NCBI RefSeq assembly: GCF_006345805.1
Contig: NC_043022.1
Span: 3,038,001 to 3,102,000, forward strand
Direction of reading: 5' to 3'
Length of the DNA stretch: 64,000 bases
From: Octopus sinensis
Lineage: Eukaryota
This document shows positions 42,991 to 55,184 of the stretch, in pieces (within the stretch, counting starts at the first letter, position 1; each line of letters begins with the position of its first letter). A model generated the notes under the pieces. It did no database searches and was not told the origin of the DNA. It worked only from the letters and a program-made list of their open reading frames with translations. The position numbers and the translations under genes are program-made.

Positions 42991-44649
42991 ATCACAGCTA
43001 GAATTTCCATTGATGTTGATCGATTTCGATCAAGGCCTGAAATTTGGGGGAAGGGGGCTAGTCAATTACATTGACCCCAGTACTCAACTGGTACTTAGTT
43101 TATCGACCCTGAAAAGATGAAAGGCAAAGTCGACCTTAGTGGAATTTGAACGCAGAATACAGCAAAAGGTGGAAATACTGCTCGGCATTTCACCCAGCGT
43201 GCTAACGATTCTGCCTGCTCGCCACCTTGATGATGATAATAATTATTATAGGATCCTTATTTTGGCACAAGCCCATGATATTTGACAGTTGGGGAAGTCA
43301 ATTACATCAACCCCAGTACGCAGCTGGTATTTATTTTATCTCATCCTCAAACGGTGAAAGGCAAAGTCGATGTCAGTTGCATTTGAACTCGTTACTTAAG
43401 ATCAGATAATAATAATTTATTATTGTCGCTATTGTTATTCATCTGAGTACGATATTATAAAACTCTTTATAAATTCTTTATGGAATTATAAAAATCCTTG
43501 GACTAAATGCAACCACTGACTCATATTGGGAGCCTGAGAAATGTTGACACAAACCTCAGAAATAATTACAATGAAGAAAATATATATTCATACGTATTAT
43601 CCTTATATGGCCTGAAGATAGGATTAATTAGGGTTTTAAATAGAGGTTAATCTCGTCTTCCCTCTTCTGTCTCTTCGTTCTCCTCTTTCAATCACTGTCA
43701 CTAAGTTTTTGTGTGTGTGTGTGTGTGTGTGTCCGTGTGTCCGTGTCCTTAAAACAAACTTAGACAACCTTGGGATAACAAGTGATTTTTTTTCGTTCTT
43801 GTCTCTGTGATTTTACGAGTACACTCCATCGCACCACTGAAACATGTTCTGTTTCCCGTTCTGTACCCGGGGTAGACCTAGGCATCAGATGTATGTACTG
43901 CTACATTCAGAAGAGGTAAAACAAGCAAGTTTTTGTTGCAATATTTCTTGATAAGTCTCCACAAATCATGCAAATACACCCAAAATCAGACTCCTATCTT
44001 GGGAGCTAGAAGTTTTCATTTCATATTAGTAATTAAAATCATTAAAGTAAAAACAGCTTAATTAACTCCTCTCTGGGACTATCAGTCTTCGTAATTTTTG
44101 TTTCATATTTTACGAGCAATTTAAATAATTAAAGTTAACCAATTTGAATTCATTAAATTATTAAAATAGGAAATAATAATAATAAAAAAAAGGGCCTGTG
44201 ATGATGAAATTATTAATAATGATAATAATAATAATGATCTGCAAAGATTTGAATATTCATAGATTTTACTCTTTGTGTTTTTGGGTTGTTTTTTTTTACT
44301 TCAAATTATACTTGTGGTCATTTAGAGTTTGATATTGCTTTTTGGTTGGTCAGTAAAAATTATTTGTTTCTAAGTATACAGACTTTAAGTCATAGTAATC
44401 CATCTTATTCCCCACCATGACCACCACCACCTTAATGCTGATAAGTTTCTTGAGTCAGTTTGAATAATAATAAATCAGTTTTGATTTTAACATCTCTGAG
44501 GTTCACATCCACTTCCTGCCTATCAAATCCTTGGCTGTTTTCAATGGTCAACGTGACCTGAATTTGTTAAATTTGACCTACTTTTACTCTGCTGGTCTCC
44601 GAACATATTTCCCAAAATTCAGTTATTGTGTGTGTGTGTATTCTTTATT

Positions 44650-44858
44650 AATAAAGCTACAAAATCACCACAAAAGCTGTTACTCAGAGTTTCATGTTCC
44701 CATTTGTCAGGCAGTTTTGTTTGAGAATGGGAACGTGAAACTCTGAGTAACAGTTTTTGTGATGCTTTTGCAGCTTTATTGATAAAGCATGTTACTCTAC
44801 CTCCGGTATTTGAGTACTATTTTATTTCCACCTTGTTTCGCATTTATGTGCTTACTCT
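44650..44858. mobile_element. Foldback-type element (one outer arm truncated)
   Basis: 55-bp inverted arms at 44650-44704 and 44726-44780; the outer arm matches 31801-31880. Confidence 0.7.
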
Positions 44859-44972
44859 GGTAGGTAGGTAAATAGATAGATAGATAGATGTAGATTTATG
44901 TACAGTTGTGCCTATATGTGTGTGCTCATATGTAGAGAAGTTGGGTATGTATGTTATGTGTGTGTGTATATA

Positions 44973-45341
44973 TACTCTCTTTACTCTTTTACTTGTTTCA
45001 GTCATTTGACTACGGCCATGCTGGAGCACCGCCTCTAGTCGAGCAAATTGACCCCGGGACTTATTCTTTTGTAAGCCCAGTACTTATTCTATCGGTCTCT
45101 TTTGCCGAAGAACCGCTAAGTGACGGGGACGTAAACACACCAGCATCGGTTGTCAAGCAATGCTAGGGGGACAAACACAAACACAAAACACACACACACA
45201 CACATATATATATACATATATACAATGGGCTTCTTTCAAATTCCGTCTACCAAATCCACTCACAAGGCTTTGGTCGGCCCGAGGCTATAGCAGAAGACAC
45301 TTGCCCAAGGTGCCACGTAGTGGGATTGAACCCGGAACCAT
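44973..45341 (-). mobile_element. SINE A, head truncated; followed by a family D fragment (45357-45466)
   Basis: Family A tail and body. Confidence 0.85.
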
Positions 45342-45869
45342 ATATATATATATATATCACGTGACCGACCAGACCATCAGATGTTGTTACACATCACTGG
45401 TCACAATGCGTTCGCATTGTTTTAGCCTTCGAATGACGCCACCCCGCTGGCTAAGCGAGCAGGCCATATATATATATATATATATATGGGTATATGTGGA
45501 TGTGTGTAGATATAGATATGGCTATGTATAAATGTACGTGTAGATACACACACAGAGGCATTTGTATGTGTACGTGTGTGTGTGTTTTTATACATTTGTG
45601 TGTGTGTATGTTTACTGTAGTTTAATTATGAAGAGAGATAACCTTTTGCCTTCCTGTAAGATTCTTTTATTCTGGGAATAGGCCATATACTTTCACTGTT
45701 TATAATCCTTTATTCTCTCATTCTTTTAATCTAGTTTCTAATCTCTTCTTATTTGTGATAGTTGAGGCTTCTCAATACATTTTTTTTCTCTTTATTTTCT
45801 CATAAACTTTTTGTTTAACTTATAAAATCTCCTTACAGAATAAGGTCCCTAACAATGCAACAGTATTCT

Positions 45870-46155
45870 CAATAATAATAATAATAATAATAATAATTAA
45901 TTCTTTTATTGGCCACAGGGGCTGACAAAAATTAATTATAACAAAAAAGGGACAAAACAGGACGAAAAGTTACAAAGGGTTTTGTCTGTTTGTAAAAAAA
46001 ACGTGTAAAAACAGTGTAGCAATCAAAATTATAACAACGAAAAACTCCCAATAGGGGGAGGCGTTACGAAAGGTTCCTGGTGGAAAAAACCCATAAAAGC
46101 CAACGGGAGCCTGGTCAAAAGGGGGTAGAGAGCCCCTTTCTCCTTTTATATTACC
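45870..46155 (-). mobile_element. Probable LINE (L1/Tx1-like) 3' UTR
   Basis: The minus strand ends ...ggccAATAAAagaatta(att)n after a T-rich UTR-like tract; no coding remnant recognised. Confidence 0.4.
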
Positions 46156-46184
46156 TTTTTAAATCACAGGTGTAACCTCAGAAA

Positions 46185-47420
46185 GATGGGCTACAGAAAA
46201 TATATCTGCTCAATACCGCATATTTCCTAGTCAGTTGCTTGACCGTAAGCGGTTGGGCATGTCCCTTGGCGGCTGACGATATGTGCATCTCTGATCATGA
46301 GCAGGAAAAGTGGGAGAGCATCACATCCATGTGTTGAGAGGAATTCTTTGGAGTTTGAATAATTCACTCCAGTAAACATGAGTTTTTCTTTCCTTACTTT
46401 TAACCTTTATTGAGAAATCTTTTAAGCAAGATGGCCTATTTAACCTGAAGAAAATTCTGACTGGGCCCCACCGGCAAGGTCATGCATTCTTTATCTTGAT
46501 ATGAGATCACTATTTCGCCACACAAATTTGGATGTGATACATGTGCCTGGTGTGTACCCTTATCAGAAGGGTTGTCATGATGGGTATATTAGGTTTTGTT
46601 CATTTGTACCACAGTGTAAGTTTGATGGTGTCTGCTGCTCTCTCAATGATAATAATAATAATAATAATCTTTTCAACTGAAGGCACAAGGCCTTGAAATT
46701 TGGTGGGGAGGAGACCACTTGATTACATCGACCCCAGTGTCTCACTGGTACTTAATTTATCAACCCTGAAAGGATGAAAGGCAAAGTCGACCTTGGCAGA
46801 ATTTGAACTCAGAACGTAGCAGCAGATGAAATACCACTAAGCATTTCACCTAACATGCTAATGATTCTGCCAGCTCGTCACCTTATTGATAATAATAATA
46901 ATAATATGGTATAAAAGATGGGCTACAGCAAATATTCTGCTCAATACCTTGGTATAAAAGATGGGCTACAGCAAATATTCTGCTCAATACCACAGATTTG
47001 CTTGTCAGTTGTTTGACCATAACCAGTTGAGCATGTCCCTTAGTGGCTGACGATATGTGCATCTCTGATCACGAGCAGAAGTAGTGGGGGAGCATCATAG
47101 CCATGTGTTGAGAGGGATTCTTTGGGGTTTGAATAGTTCACCTCTGGAAACATGGGTGGTTCTTTCAACATCCTTAAACAACCCTTATTCAGGGACCGTT
47201 TGAGCGGGATGGGCTACTCAACCTGAAGAAAATTCTAACTGGGCCCCACCTGCAAGGTCATGTGCTGTTTATCTTGATATGAGATCACCATGTCGCGCAC
47301 ATATGGTTGTGATGCATGTGCCTGGTGTACCTTTATCAGACGGGTAGTCATGATGGGTATATTGGGCTTCGTATATTTTACCCCAGTGTCACTTTGATGG
47401 CATGAACTGCTCTCTCACTC

Positions 47421-47455
<35 letters not shown>

Positions 47456-47470
47456 TGATAATAATAGTAA
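46185..47470 (+). mobile_element. Two family H copies (46185-46670, 46905-47470) separated by an inverted family F SINE
   Basis: Both begin aaagatgggctacag..aaata..ctgctcaatacc and end ctctc..caat(aat)n. Confidence 0.8.
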
Positions 47471-47835
47471 TAATAGTTTCAAATTTTGCTACAAGTGCAG
47501 CCATTTTGAGGGAAGGGACAAGTGGATTACATCAGCCCCAGGGTTTCGCTGGTACTTAATTTATCACCCCAAAAGGATGAAAGGCAAAATCGACCTTGGC
47601 AGAATTTGAACTCAGAATGTAAAAACAGACGAAATGTCTTCTAAGCATTTTGCCTAGTGTGTTAACGATTCTACCAGCTCGCTGGTAACTCTTCATGAAG
47701 GGAAATATACTATAATGTAGAGTCTGCTCTTCTGATTGTCTAATAATAATGATAATAATAATGGTTGAAATGTGAAACCAGAAGACACAATCTTATGATA
47801 ATTAGTGCTTTTAATATGGTCCAAATCATGCTGAC

Positions 47836-48048
47836 ACATCATCATCATCATCATTGTTCGACCGTGGTCGAGACAATGGAATTTACCATGCTACGCCAGA
47901 CTTCACGGTCCATCATAGCATTACGGAGGTCCTGTTGCTGGATGCCTGTATCCTTGGAGATTACATCAGGGTAGGAGAGTGTGCGCCCTCTGGTATTGCG
48001 AGTAGATGGCTTCCAGAGGAGAAGAGTAGAAATTACCTCATTTTCAGC
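47836..48048 (-). mobile_element. Family G LINE 3' end
   Basis: Same sequence as 5215-5410. Confidence 0.88.
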
Positions 48049-48240
48049 TCATGCCTACACACATACCCCGAACTCCAAGATACACAGAATATAAGTCTGC
48101 TCAGCACATCTTAAGTGCGTATTTTCAATACAGTAAAAATAACAACACTAAAACAAGCCACAGCACATAGCTAAGGCCCGCATAGCAGCCCTTGGTAATG
48201 CAATGAGAGTAAGACAACTGAATAATAACAATAATAATTT
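48049..48240 (+). mobile_element. Probable RLE-type (R4/Dong-like) LINE 3' end
   Basis: Reads ..TQNISLLSTSHxLKCVFSIQ*, resembling the Q..xLLGTAHILR.V terminus, followed by a UTR and (AAT)n; frameshifted. Confidence 0.4.
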
Positions 48241-48429
48241 CTAACATTTGACCGATATTAAGTCGATGGGTTCAGTCAGTTGAATTGATAGATACATATT
48301 TTATTGATCTTCCAAGGATGAAAGGCAAATTTTCAAGTCATTATCACATTGTGTAAAACTAATTTGGTGTGTGTAGAATGTTATTATTATTATTTTATTA
48401 TTTATTATTATTAGTATTATTATTATTAC

Positions 48430-48472
<43 letters not shown>

Positions 48473-48659
48473 AACTAAAAGTGTTGTAAGTGTAATTTAA
48501 TATTCTGCTGAAGTTGATTTTACTCCCATCCTTTTGGGGTTGATAAAATACCAGTTGAGCACTGGGTATTGATGTAACTAACCTGCCCCAGCTCTTGAAA
48601 TTGCTGGCCTTGTGCCAAAATTTGAAACCATTATTATTATTATTTAGGCTAGTGCTGCC

Positions 48660-49240
48660 TTACTGGTCCTTGCGCTGGTGGCACATGAAAAAACATTTGA
48701 GCTAGGTCATTACCAGAGCCGCTGGACTGGCTCCTGTGCAGGTGACACGTAAAAACACCATATGAGCATGGCCGTTGCCAGTACCACCTGACTGGCCCTC
48801 ATGCCGGTGGCACGTAAAAGCAACCACTACACTCTCGGAGTGGTTGGCATTAGGAAGGGCATCCAGCTGTAGAAACTCTGCCAAATCAGATTGGAGCCTG
48901 GTGCAGCCATCTGGTTCGCCAGTCCTCTGTCAAACCTATTTCTTTACTACCCATAAGGGACTAAACACAGAGGGGACAAACAAGGACAGACAAAGGGATT
49001 AAGTCGATTACATCGACCCCAGTGCGTAACTGGTACTTATTTCATCGACCCCGAAAGGATGAAAGGCAAAGTCGACCTCAGCGGAATCTGAACTCAGAAT
49101 GTAATGGTAGACGAAATACTGGAAAGCATTTCGCCCAGCGCGCTAACGTTTCTGCCAGCTCGCCAGTCCTCAGTCAAACCGTCCAACCCATGCCAGCATG
49201 GAAAGCAGATGTCAAACGATGATGATAATGATGATGATGC
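48660..49240 (+). mobile_element. Family C interrupted by an inverted F1 SINE (48937-49163)
   Basis: 17-bp TSD cagtcctc(t/a)gtcaaacc at 48920-48936 and 49164-49180. Confidence 0.88.
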
Positions 49241-50040
49241 AGTGAGCTGGCAGAATCTTTAGCATGCTGCGCAAAATGCTTAGCGGCATTTTGTCCATCT
49301 CCATATTTTGAGTTTCAGTTCTACCGAGGTCGACTTTGCTTTCCATCCTTTTCGGGGGGGGGGTCGATCAAATAGGTACCATTTGTGCACAAGGGTCGAT
49401 GTAACCGACTTTTCCCTCTCCCCTAAAATTTGAGGTTTTGTGCTTCCAGTAAAAAAGATTATTGATGATGTCACAGTATCCAATACTATAATGTTGTGGA
49501 TTGAGGACATTATGCTGTCTCTCAAATCACAAGGACCTCAGACAAACTGGCTACTTTACACAATAGGTGTGATTATTATTATTATTATTATTCAGATTCT
49601 AGCAAGGTCAGCTTTGTGTTTCATCCTTTTGGGGTCAATAAATTAAGTACCAATGAAACACTGGGGTCAGCGTAGTCGACTATCCCCCCACCCCAAACTT
49701 CACGCCTTGTGCTTTTAGAAGAAAGAATTATTATTATTATTGTTGTTGTTGTTGTTAAGGTAGTGAACTGGCGGAATTGCTAGAGCACTGGACGAAATGC
49801 TTCATGGTATTTTGCTTGTCACTACGTTCTGAGTTCAAATTCCACCGAGGTCAACTTTACGTTTCATCCTTTTGGGGTCTATGTAATTGACTCATCCCCT
49901 CCCTCCAAATTGCTGCCCTTGTAAAATTTGAAAAGGGGAATAGTCGATTATATCGACTTCGGAATGTGACTGGTACTTTTACTCTGTTGCCCCTGGAAGG
50001 ATGACAGGCAAAGTTGACCACAGCAAGATTTGAACTCTTG
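49240..50040 (+). mobile_element. Cluster of degenerate family F SINEs
   Basis: Repeated head/central motifs with (TTA)n/(TTG)n linkers; the last copy is inverted. Confidence 0.75.
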
Positions 50041-50164
50041 AACATGTTTGCTGTCTGTTATTCAACCCATTATGTATCCTATTTGTCACATATGCCAAAA
50101 TTACCCAATCCCAGAAGAAAAATTTTGAGAGCTCCCTAACTTAGGGCTAGTTAGATATGAATCT

Positions 50165-50388
50165 AATCATCATCATCATCATCATCATCATCGTTTAACG
50201 TCTGTTTTCCGCGCTAGCACAGGTTGGACGGTTCGACCGGGGTCTAGGAAGCCAGGGGCTGCTCCAGGCTCCAGTCTGATCTGGCAGAGTTTCTACGGCT
50301 GGATGCCCTTCCTAATGCCAACCACTCCGCGAGTGTAGTGGGTGCTTTTTACGTGCCACCTGCACAGGTGCCAGGGGGGGTCCGGCAT
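50165..50388 (-). mobile_element. Family C (RTE 3' tail)
   Basis: (cat)n cgtttaacgtctgttttccgcgctagc... Confidence 0.85.
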
Positions 50389-50586
50389 AATGTAAATGAA
50401 ATTACCTTCTGGGTATCTCCCTTCAGAAATATCTGGTAATGCAAGTAAATTGCATTAAAAATTAAGGGTTTCAGTGAGTTTTCCAATTAATCAATAAACT
50501 TAATTACATATTGATTGGATTGCAGTAACAACGTATAGGTTTACATTATATGTTTTGTAATATTTTAGTACAATATTATTTACATG

Positions 50587-50850
50587 TGAAGGCGCATGGC
50601 CCAGTGGTTAGAGCATCGGGCTCACAATCACGACGTAATGAGTTCGATTCCTGGACCAGGCTGTATCAATCCCTTTGCCTTTCTCTTGGATAACATCAAT
50701 GGTGTGTGGAGAGGAGAGGCTGGCATGCATGGGTAGACTGCTGGTCTTCCATAAACAACCTTGTCCGGACTTGTGCTTCGGTGGGGAACTCTCTAGGTGC
50801 AATCCCATGGTCGTTCACGACCAAAGGGGGTTTTTATAGTTTATCCCCTT
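50587..50850 (+). mobile_element. tRNA-headed SINE, family N
   Basis: tgaaggcgcatggcccagtggttagagc...gagttcgattcc head; body shared with 29810-29980. Confidence 0.75.
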
Positions 50851-51531
50851 TTACTATATACATACACACACACACATATATACATACATATATATATATA
50901 TATATATTTGTATGGTTAATAGTACTGTTCTTTATTATAGTATAGTGTGTTTTCTTTGTTTTGTTTTTTTGCAAGTAGTTAGTATTACTGTGTTGTCAGT
51001 GTTGTTTTTATAATTACTGTTATTCCATTTCTGCCAAAATGAATTGCTATAAAATCTGCATGGCAGTGACCTTCAGGAAACACAGATTGTGCTTAGAGGA
51101 AACTGCCAACCCTACTTGTGAGATATTAGGAAAATAGTCACAGTGAAATATATAGAGAGTTTAAATTTAATGATAAATTAACCCCAAAGTTGTTAATTGT
51201 TTTTCACTGCAAAAGTAGTTTTATTACACATGCACGTGCAAGCATGCATATGTATATATGCACATACGGTGCATATATATGTATATATGCGGTGCCCCAG
51301 CATGGCCACAGCTCGTGAGCTGAAACTAGAATCAATCAATCAATCATACACTCGTTAGCAGTTTGTTAGGGTTTAAATCAAATCAAATAACAACTCATGA
51401 AAATTACTTTTTCAATTGAAAATATTCAACTAAGTTTAATTTTACTGCTTGAAATGACACATTGTATGCGTGTGTGTGTGTGTGTATATACACACAAGCA
51501 GTGTTTTATTTATATATATATAGTCGTGTAA

Positions 51532-52386
51532 GGGTCATGGTGCATGTCTATCAAACGCTACTAATAGTTTCATGTGCTGAAAATCCTAACACACTCTTCA
51601 GGCGTAGACCACTCTTTGTTCTGAACTAAGAACTTTAAATATGGCATGGGACATGAGAAAACGTGAAAAAATGGTAACATATATAAAATCCTAACCGGTA
51701 AATGAACCCAGGAGACCTGATGTGTGAAATTAAATGTAAATTGTGAATGAAGAGTAAAAAATATATAAGAAAAATATTATATGAAACATGGTAAAAATGT
51801 AGAGGTATAAATATAAGAAATGTTGGGAATAGGCGCCGGAGTGGCTGTGTGGTAAGTAGCTTGCTAACCAACCACATGGTTCTGGGTTCAGTCCCACTGC
51901 GTGGCATCTTGAGCAAGTGTCTTCTGCTATAGCCCCGGGCCGACCAATGCCTTGTGAGTGGATTTGGTAGACAGAAACTGAAAGAAGCCTGTCGTATATG
52001 TGTATTTGTATGTATGTATGTGTATCTGTTTGTGTGTCTGTGTTTGTCCCCCTAGCATTGCTTGACAACCGATGCTGGTGTGTTTACGTCCCCGTCACTT
52101 AGCGGTTCGGCAAAAGATAGAATAAGTACTGGGCTTACAAAGAATAAGTCCCGGGGTCGATTTTCTCGACTAAAAGGCGGTGCTCCAGCATGGCCGCAGT
52201 CAAATGACTGAAACGAGTAAAAGAGTTATGCTACCACTTTTTTCCACATTTTTTCGGGTTTCTCACGTCCCATACCATATTGGAAGTTCCTAATTCAGAG
52301 CAAGAGTGGTTTGCGCCTAAAGAGTGTGCTTGGATTTTCAGACACGTAAAACTATTAGTAGCACCCAAAGACATGTATTGTGGCCC
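51532..52386. mobile_element. Long-TIR non-autonomous DNA element (Kolobok-like), interrupted by SINE A (51832-52225, +)
   Basis: ~150-bp imperfect inverted arms; gtaa|GGG...CCC|ttaa ends. Confidence 0.6.
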
Positions 52387-53034
52387 TTAAACAGCAATAT
52401 GTACCTCTCACCAGATAAAGTGCTCTCTCTGTTGAATTATACCACAGGTCTATACATTATATACATATATATATATTGTTGAAAAAAGGTTGAAGAATTT
52501 CAACTTCAGTGATATATTTTTTTGTTGTTGATTAAAATTTGTTTAATTAAATCACAAACAAGAATATGTCACTTCATCTTTAACCAATTAACATTTGAAA
52601 TGGTTGTATTCAAACCAAATATTCTCACGGTTCTATGTTGAAACTGGCCTGATCCAGCCTCTCCCACTTACCCTACAATGTCATTCTAAAAATAAGCAGT
52701 CACGTCATTGAAATCTCAGAGCTATGAGATAATGCAAGATTAATTCAAAACAATGCGGATAAATAAGGATTATGTTTGACAGAGTAATCTGAATGCTATG
52801 GGGTTGGCCGTTTAGCATTTAAACCAGCCATATCCAGCTCAGATATGTTACCTGTTTTATGTTCAAACCAGCCAGATCTGGGCTCTCACACCTATCCTAC
52901 AAGGTCATTGTTAAAAGTATACAACCACATCTTCAAAACGAATGCTGAAGGGTCAATGTAAAGACAGATCTTTTCTTCACTCCCCGTTTTATTTAATTGA
53001 CATTGTATTTCAAAACTAAACAATTTATAATATA

Positions 53035-53409
53035 TCTTTATATATAAAAGTGAAGTTGTGTGTCTGTCTCCTGCGATTTAGATTCCTAACTACTCCTACA
53101 TTTTGCGGTGCAGTTTAACCAAAACCGGGTATCTTATAGTCGTGATTCATATCGAGCCCTTCTGGGTATTAGTCTACGATTTTAAAAAATTTTTACCATT
53201 TTTTTCCATTTTAATGCATTTTTTCGCTATTATATAAGAGAAGTAACTCTCTAAAAATGTCTACGATGAGTCAACGATTTTAAAAAAAATTTACCATAAT
53301 TTTTTCCATTTTAATGCATTTTTTTGCTATTTTTTGGCTATAACTCTCTAAAAATGCTTATATAGTTATTTCTCTTACAAACCCGAGCAACACCGGGCGA
53401 TACTGCTAG
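53035..53409 (+). mobile_element. Non-autonomous Helitron
   Basis: A|TC start, hairpin cccg-agcaacac-cggg at 53382-53397, CTAG|T end; homologous to 2977-3369. Confidence 0.87.
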
Positions 53410-53472
53410 TATATATATCTTTATAATATTTTTATATATATATTAAAGCAACTGGTATAATTATTTTATCAT

Positions 53473-53572
53473 NNNNNNNNNNNNNNNNNNNNNNNNNNNN
53501 NNNNNNNNNNNNNNNNNNNNNNNNNNNNNNNNNNNNNNNNNNNNNNNNNNNNNNNNNNNNNNNNNNNNNNNN
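53473..53572. other. Assembly gap (100 N) bordered by a compound (TA/TGCA) microsatellite
   Basis: Directly visible; the round length suggests an unsized scaffold join. Confidence 0.99.
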
Positions 53573-55074
53573 TATATATATGCATATATATATATACATA
53601 TATAATATGCTATATATATAATGCATATATATATTACATATATATATGCATATATATATACATATATATGCATATATATATATGCATATATATATATACA
53701 TATATATGCATATATATATACATATATATGCATATATATGTATACAATACATACATATACATACATACACATATATATACAAGATAGATATGTTATAATT
53801 CAGATATAGATATGATATAAAAGAGATACGATATAAAATTGTCCATATAAAACAGATGTAACGTCCTTCTTGTTATAGTACAATGCCTGAAAATTTTGCC
53901 GGAGTGGGGCCAGTCGATTACAGCGACCCTAGTGTTCAACTGGTACTTATTACATCGACCCCAGAACGATGAAAGACAAAGTTGACCTCGGCAGCATAAA
54001 GTTATGAGAATTCAGAAACTTCAAGAAAACCGAAGTAAAATATCTATATTTTTTTTATGCAACTCGAAAGAGATAAAATGATAAATAATAACGTGTAGAA
54101 GTATTGGGCTTTAAAAAATCCCTTGGATGGGAAAAACCCCCAACATTTGGAGGTTTACGTTGTAGGTATGGGTAATACTTAAACGTTGCCTCTGTCTCTA
54201 CTCCTGTTATAATACTCGTGTGTGCTACTTTTAACTTATAAATCTTGATGGAAATATTTTATAAAGACGACGTCACTGATTTTACTGAACACAATTTAAT
54301 TTTTTGCCCTGGCCCCTTTCAAGGGCTTCTCAATACTTTATATCTCCATAGAATCCACACAACATCGTTTTATTCCGGCCCCGAGAAGATGATGTTACAC
54401 ACCCAGCTTAACATTCAGTCCACTTCATTCAAAGAGATCTTCTTGTAAGCTTTTACAAATTCCTTTTTTTACACCATTTCTGTCACTAATCGTTGATATT
54501 AAAGACATTTAACACAATTCCTGTTGTATTCGGATGTTATTTAATTACTTAATTTTCATGTTTCCTTCGCTAACCCGTTAATTAACAATTCCCGCCATAT
54601 TACTAATTAGTAATTATTTGTCTGTTAATGGAAATTTCAAACTTTCAATGGAAATTTCACTGTATTTAAATGATGTAAGAACTTATTAGGCAGACGTCAA
54701 CGATAGATTTATTAACGTAGGATTAATTTAAATTATAATTACAATAAATTCAGGTAGTTTTATAGTTTAATTATGTCAAAAACTGACTAAGGTAAAACTG
54801 AAAAAAAAAATTTTTAATCGTCCCAAAGTCGAAAGAAATATGTCGAAAATTACAAATGTGACCTAAAAGAGAAATATATATGTATTATTCGGGGTATTTT
54901 ACTGTTAATTGGTAGAATTAGTATCGAAAGGTGACGTCTGGGGTGGACAGAAATTTTATAAAACGTTGAGAGGGGAGCAAATTGGATACGAAACTAAAAA
55001 TGCTGGCTCATCAAATTGGCTGCATTTTAAGCTGTGTGTATTTAACTAATAATTTCACTGAGATTCGACCGAGA

Positions 55075-55148
55075 GCCCCTATAGCTCAGTGGTTTAGAGC
55101 ACTGGTCTCGTAAACCAGGGGTCGTGAGTTCGAATCTCACTGGGGGCA
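55075..55148 (+). tRNA. tRNA-Thr(CGT), intronless, apparently intact
   Basis: Acceptor GCCCCTA/TGGGGGC, D arm GCTC/GAGC, anticodon arm CTGGT-CTCGTAA-ACCAG, T arm GTGAG-TTCGAAT-CTCAC, discriminator A, T5 terminator at 55180-55184. Confidence 0.96.
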
Positions 55149-55179
55149 GTGGATTGTATGACTGCGTTGTACGCTCCAA

Positions 55180-55184
55180 TTTTT
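55180..55184 (+). terminator. Pol III oligo(T) terminator of the tRNA-Thr gene
   Basis: First T5 run, 31 nt downstream of the tRNA 3' end. Confidence 0.7.

Noticed and set aside
44440-44557. Minus-strand peptide VTLTIENSQGFDRQEVDVNLRDVK resembling an Ig/cadherin strand
   Set aside because: Weak acceptor, no good donor, and no companion exons
53432-53809. Ile/Tyr-rich ORFs spanning or adjoining the N run
   Set aside because: Microsatellite translation across an assembly gap
54352-54444. Plus-strand AG...GTAAGC exon candidate near the tRNA island
   Set aside because: Open only in a phase incompatible with the TAO exons, no homology, and across the assembly gap
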